Shown: piece after piece, positions 61,742 through 64,000 of the stretch | Position numbering within the stretch: the first letter of the stretch is position 1 | Layout of the letters: each line of letters opens with the position of its first letter | Source of the DNA: Veleropilina oligotropha | Taxonomy: Eukaryota | Assembly: GCA_048128005.1 (NCBI GenBank) | Contig: JBEUKZ010000060.1 | Span: 186,001-250,000, forward strand | DNA: 64,000 bases | Reading direction: 5' to 3' | Notes under the pieces: generated by a model | The model's input: only the letters and a program-made list of their open reading frames with translations | What the model was told of the DNA's origin: nothing | The model's database searches: none | Made by a program: the position numbers and the translations under genes

Positions 61742-63264
61742 AGCTAAATACACGGGAGGGTGGACGTGGGTAGACGGGGTAGATAAATAGGTATATATTT
61801 GGTAGTTGAGACTTCTTTCCTTGGAGGGAGTACTACGACAACTCACAGAATTGTCCTGATCTGAAGATTAGAGATCAAGCGATATACCGTTATTAGAACC
61901 CCGAACTGGGAACACCGAGGTCGGGTATTTTACCCGACCGACCCGGTAACCCGGCAAATTGACTAAAACAAAGGGGGGTTCTTTCCTCGAAAAAACCCGC
62001 CCAGAAAAACACCTGAAAACCTCGTGGATGTTTTAAGTTAGTACAATGGCGTATTATCCCAGCAACGGCAGGATATCAGAAAATTAACGCAAGCTTAATA
62101 TCAAAAGATCCTGCCTTTTAACAACGCTAGAAAATTTTATATATAATAAATAACCAGCAAATAGCGTTGTTAAGGAATTATCCAATATAATGAGTTACCT
62201 GTTTTGCAGTCTCAAACAATATCAGATAATTATACAGACCAGAAATTTCAGCTACCACTCGAAACTTTCCCTCTAAGCGGCCATCTTTAATGGCCACTGG
62301 CGTCCTTGACGACGATGTCTGTTTCCTTTGATGTCCAGAACTTTCCTCGAAGTTTTGAGAATCACTCTTCTTATATTCACATGTGTTTTATATCCACAAC
62401 ACTGTTATATTCCACTACTTATATACTATATAAGTAGAAACTGCGCCCTGATTTAACGTGAAATCGGGTGCCTATATCGAAATATTTGCGGAGCAAAAAC
62501 AACGTCTTTCCGCGGCAGCGGAAAACTTTGAATTGATGTCATGTGACTTCTATTGTTCAGAAGTCTCACGAGACTTGGCGAAGTCTCGCTAGGGAACGTG
62601 GGGGGTAGGAGCAGGGGAGGTAACCGTGTGCTTTTTTGGCTTATTAACGGTGCATTATGGGACATATTCACCATTTCCGGTTTGGGCGATAATATACTAT
62701 TATGGCAAGAGTAAGGACGTAAGTATGTTTGTAACTATATACAGGGTTATATTCCACTACTTATATCATATAAGTATATATTGCGTCCTGATTTAACGTG
62801 AAATCGGGCGCCTATTTCGAAATATTTGCGGAGCAAAACAACGTCTTTCCGCGGCAGCGGAAAACTTTGAATTGATGTCATGTGACTTCTATGGTTCAGA
62901 AGTCTCGCGAGACTTGGCGAGATCTCGCGGGGGAACGTGGGGGAGGGGGAGCAGGGGAGGTAACCGTGGTACGTTTTTGCGTCTTTGACTTATTAATAGT
63001 GCATAATGTGACTTATTCACTGTTTCCGGTTAGCAATAATATTACTATTGTGGCAAGAGTAAGGACGTAAGTATGTTTGTAACTACATAGTCACTGTGTG
63101 TACACAGCGCTGTCCTGAACTAGGGTAGCTTAGAATAGTGGAGAACTCCTTCCGATATAGTAGTATGTAGTAAGAGCCCGTAGGGACGGCCCGTTACCCT
63201 CGCCGGCCCGGGCTCGCTTTTAGACATACCCATATCACAGGATATACCCACTGCAAAGGATACG

Positions 63265-63549
63265 ATGTGGGGAACGGACACCTGGCAATGGCTCACCATC
63301 AGCTCCACGGAGCTATGCGGTAAGAGCTGTCTGAGCAAGTATTGCAAAGTCCATCTGGCTTGGCTCCGAAAGGGCCCTGGTACCAAGCCCTGCAGCAAAT
63401 GCGGACAAGGCGTCAGAAACTGGCTTACGCTGTGCCAGGACTGTGGGTATAAGCTTGAGAACGATAGGGACTGGGGACGAAAGAAAAGGGCCTTCCGGAG
63501 AGAGTTTCGCCGCATGGCTGCAATCTACCACACGGAAAGTTCCTATTAG
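63265..63549 (+). CDS. Small Cys-rich (zinc-finger-like) protein, Polinton-associated type
   Basis: ELCGKSC...YCKVH...KPCSKCG...LCQDCGY with a basic tail; family recognition is from memory, not from a search. Confidence 0.5.
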   Translation: MWGTDTWQWLTISSTELCGKSCLSKYCKVHLAWLRKGPGTKPCSKCGQGVRNWLTLCQDCGYKLENDRDWGRKKRAFRREFRRMAAIYHTESSY

Positions 63550-63573
63550 AGAAGTGACCGGCATGACGTATAC

Positions 63574-64000
63574 ATGGATGAACTGCGCAATTTAGCGAAA
63601 GCTTACGCAGTTCCCGCTCGGTCGAAGCTCAAGAAGCACGACCTCATCTGGGCAATCGCCAGGGTCCGTGCTGCGGAGTTTCGGAGGAGACTCGAGCGGG
63701 CGATGAAAACGGGAAGATTCCCCTCCATCCGTGGAGATGTGGAGAACCCCCACAAACGAGGCCGTCGTGCCCGCGAATTGCGACAGCTTAAGGACGAGGT
63801 CGAGGTGGCCCTCAAGGTCCGTAAATACGAAACCCAGGCCGAGAAAAAGCCCGGGATACGACAGAAGCCACTTCGTGCCATCACGGATCGAATCGTCAAG
63901 CCACACCTGCACGGTCTGACTAGGTCTCGGAAAGAGACCCTTGCGGGGGCTATTGCTCAGAAGGGGCCCGATATTCTGAGAGATCACTTAGCCTCGGATG
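63574..64000 (+). CDS. Partial ORF with a Rho-N-like helix-extension-helix start; possibly the N-terminus of a Polinton pPolB
   Basis: MDELRNLAKAYAVPARSKLKKHDLIWAI..., open for 142 codons to the window end; absent from the ORF track because it has no stop in the window. Confidence 0.55.
   Translation, partial: MDELRNLAKAYAVPARSKLKKHDLIWAIARVRAAEFRRRLERAMKTGRFPSIRGDVENPHKRGRRARELRQLKDEVEVALKVRKYETQAEKKPGIRQKPLRAITDRIVKPHLHGLTRSRKETLAGAIAQKGPDILRDHLASD

Larger units (their letters stand above)
55283..62740 (-). mobile_element. DIRS1-type YR retrotransposon, inner apparently intact copy (7458 bp)
   Basis: 207-bp ITRs at 55316-55522 and 62524-62730; ICR at 55583-55673; three uninterrupted ORFs. 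Confidence 0.95.
48187..63088 (-). mobile_element. DIRS1-type YR retrotransposon, outer decayed copy (own sequence 48187-55282 and 62741-63088)
   Basis: 216-bp ITRs at 48220-48435 and 62863-63078; ICR at 48497-48587; frameshifted gag, RT-RH-MT and YR. Confidence 0.92.
47904..64000 (+). mobile_element. Putative left end of a Polinton/Maverick-like element, split by the DIRS insertion (own sequence 47904-48186 and 63089-64000+)
   Basis: AGTAAT start resembling the Polinton AGTAGT terminus; GC-rich terminal region with duplicated ggctcccagc(a/c)ctatttcagaac; small Cys-rich ORF; Rho-N-like ORF open to the window end. Confidence 0.55.

Noticed and set aside
48187..62740. Tandem DIRS copies or Ngaro/PAT split direct repeats
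   Set aside because: Diagnostic bases pair the repeats as nested inverted termini with ICRs, which is the DIRS1 structure.

Overview
Repeat-rich eukaryotic (invertebrate, probably mollusc-like) genomic DNA. The left half (2606-33128, + strand) holds the last 11 coding exons of a period (per) circadian clock gene. I reconstructed it by eye from GT-AG sites, consistent splice phases and PER motifs; the ORF track misses most of it. Its introns are packed with mobile DNA: a decayed DIRS fragment, Helitron/Helentron-type non-autonomous elements, a 2.9-kb 15-mer minisatellite, tRNA-derived SINEs, a Tc1 element interrupted by a second TIR element, an Academ derivative, a 5'-truncated LINE nested in a TIR element, and a Crypton (tyrosine-recombinase DNA transposon) plus a tandem dimer of a Crypton-like non-autonomous element. 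The right end is a three-level nest. An apparently intact DIRS1-type tyrosine-recombinase retrotransposon (55283-62740) sits inside a decayed relative (48187-63088). That element appears to sit inside the left terminal region of a Polinton/Maverick-like element (from ~47904, resuming at 63089 and running off the window). Family assignments come from motif recognition only; no database search was run.
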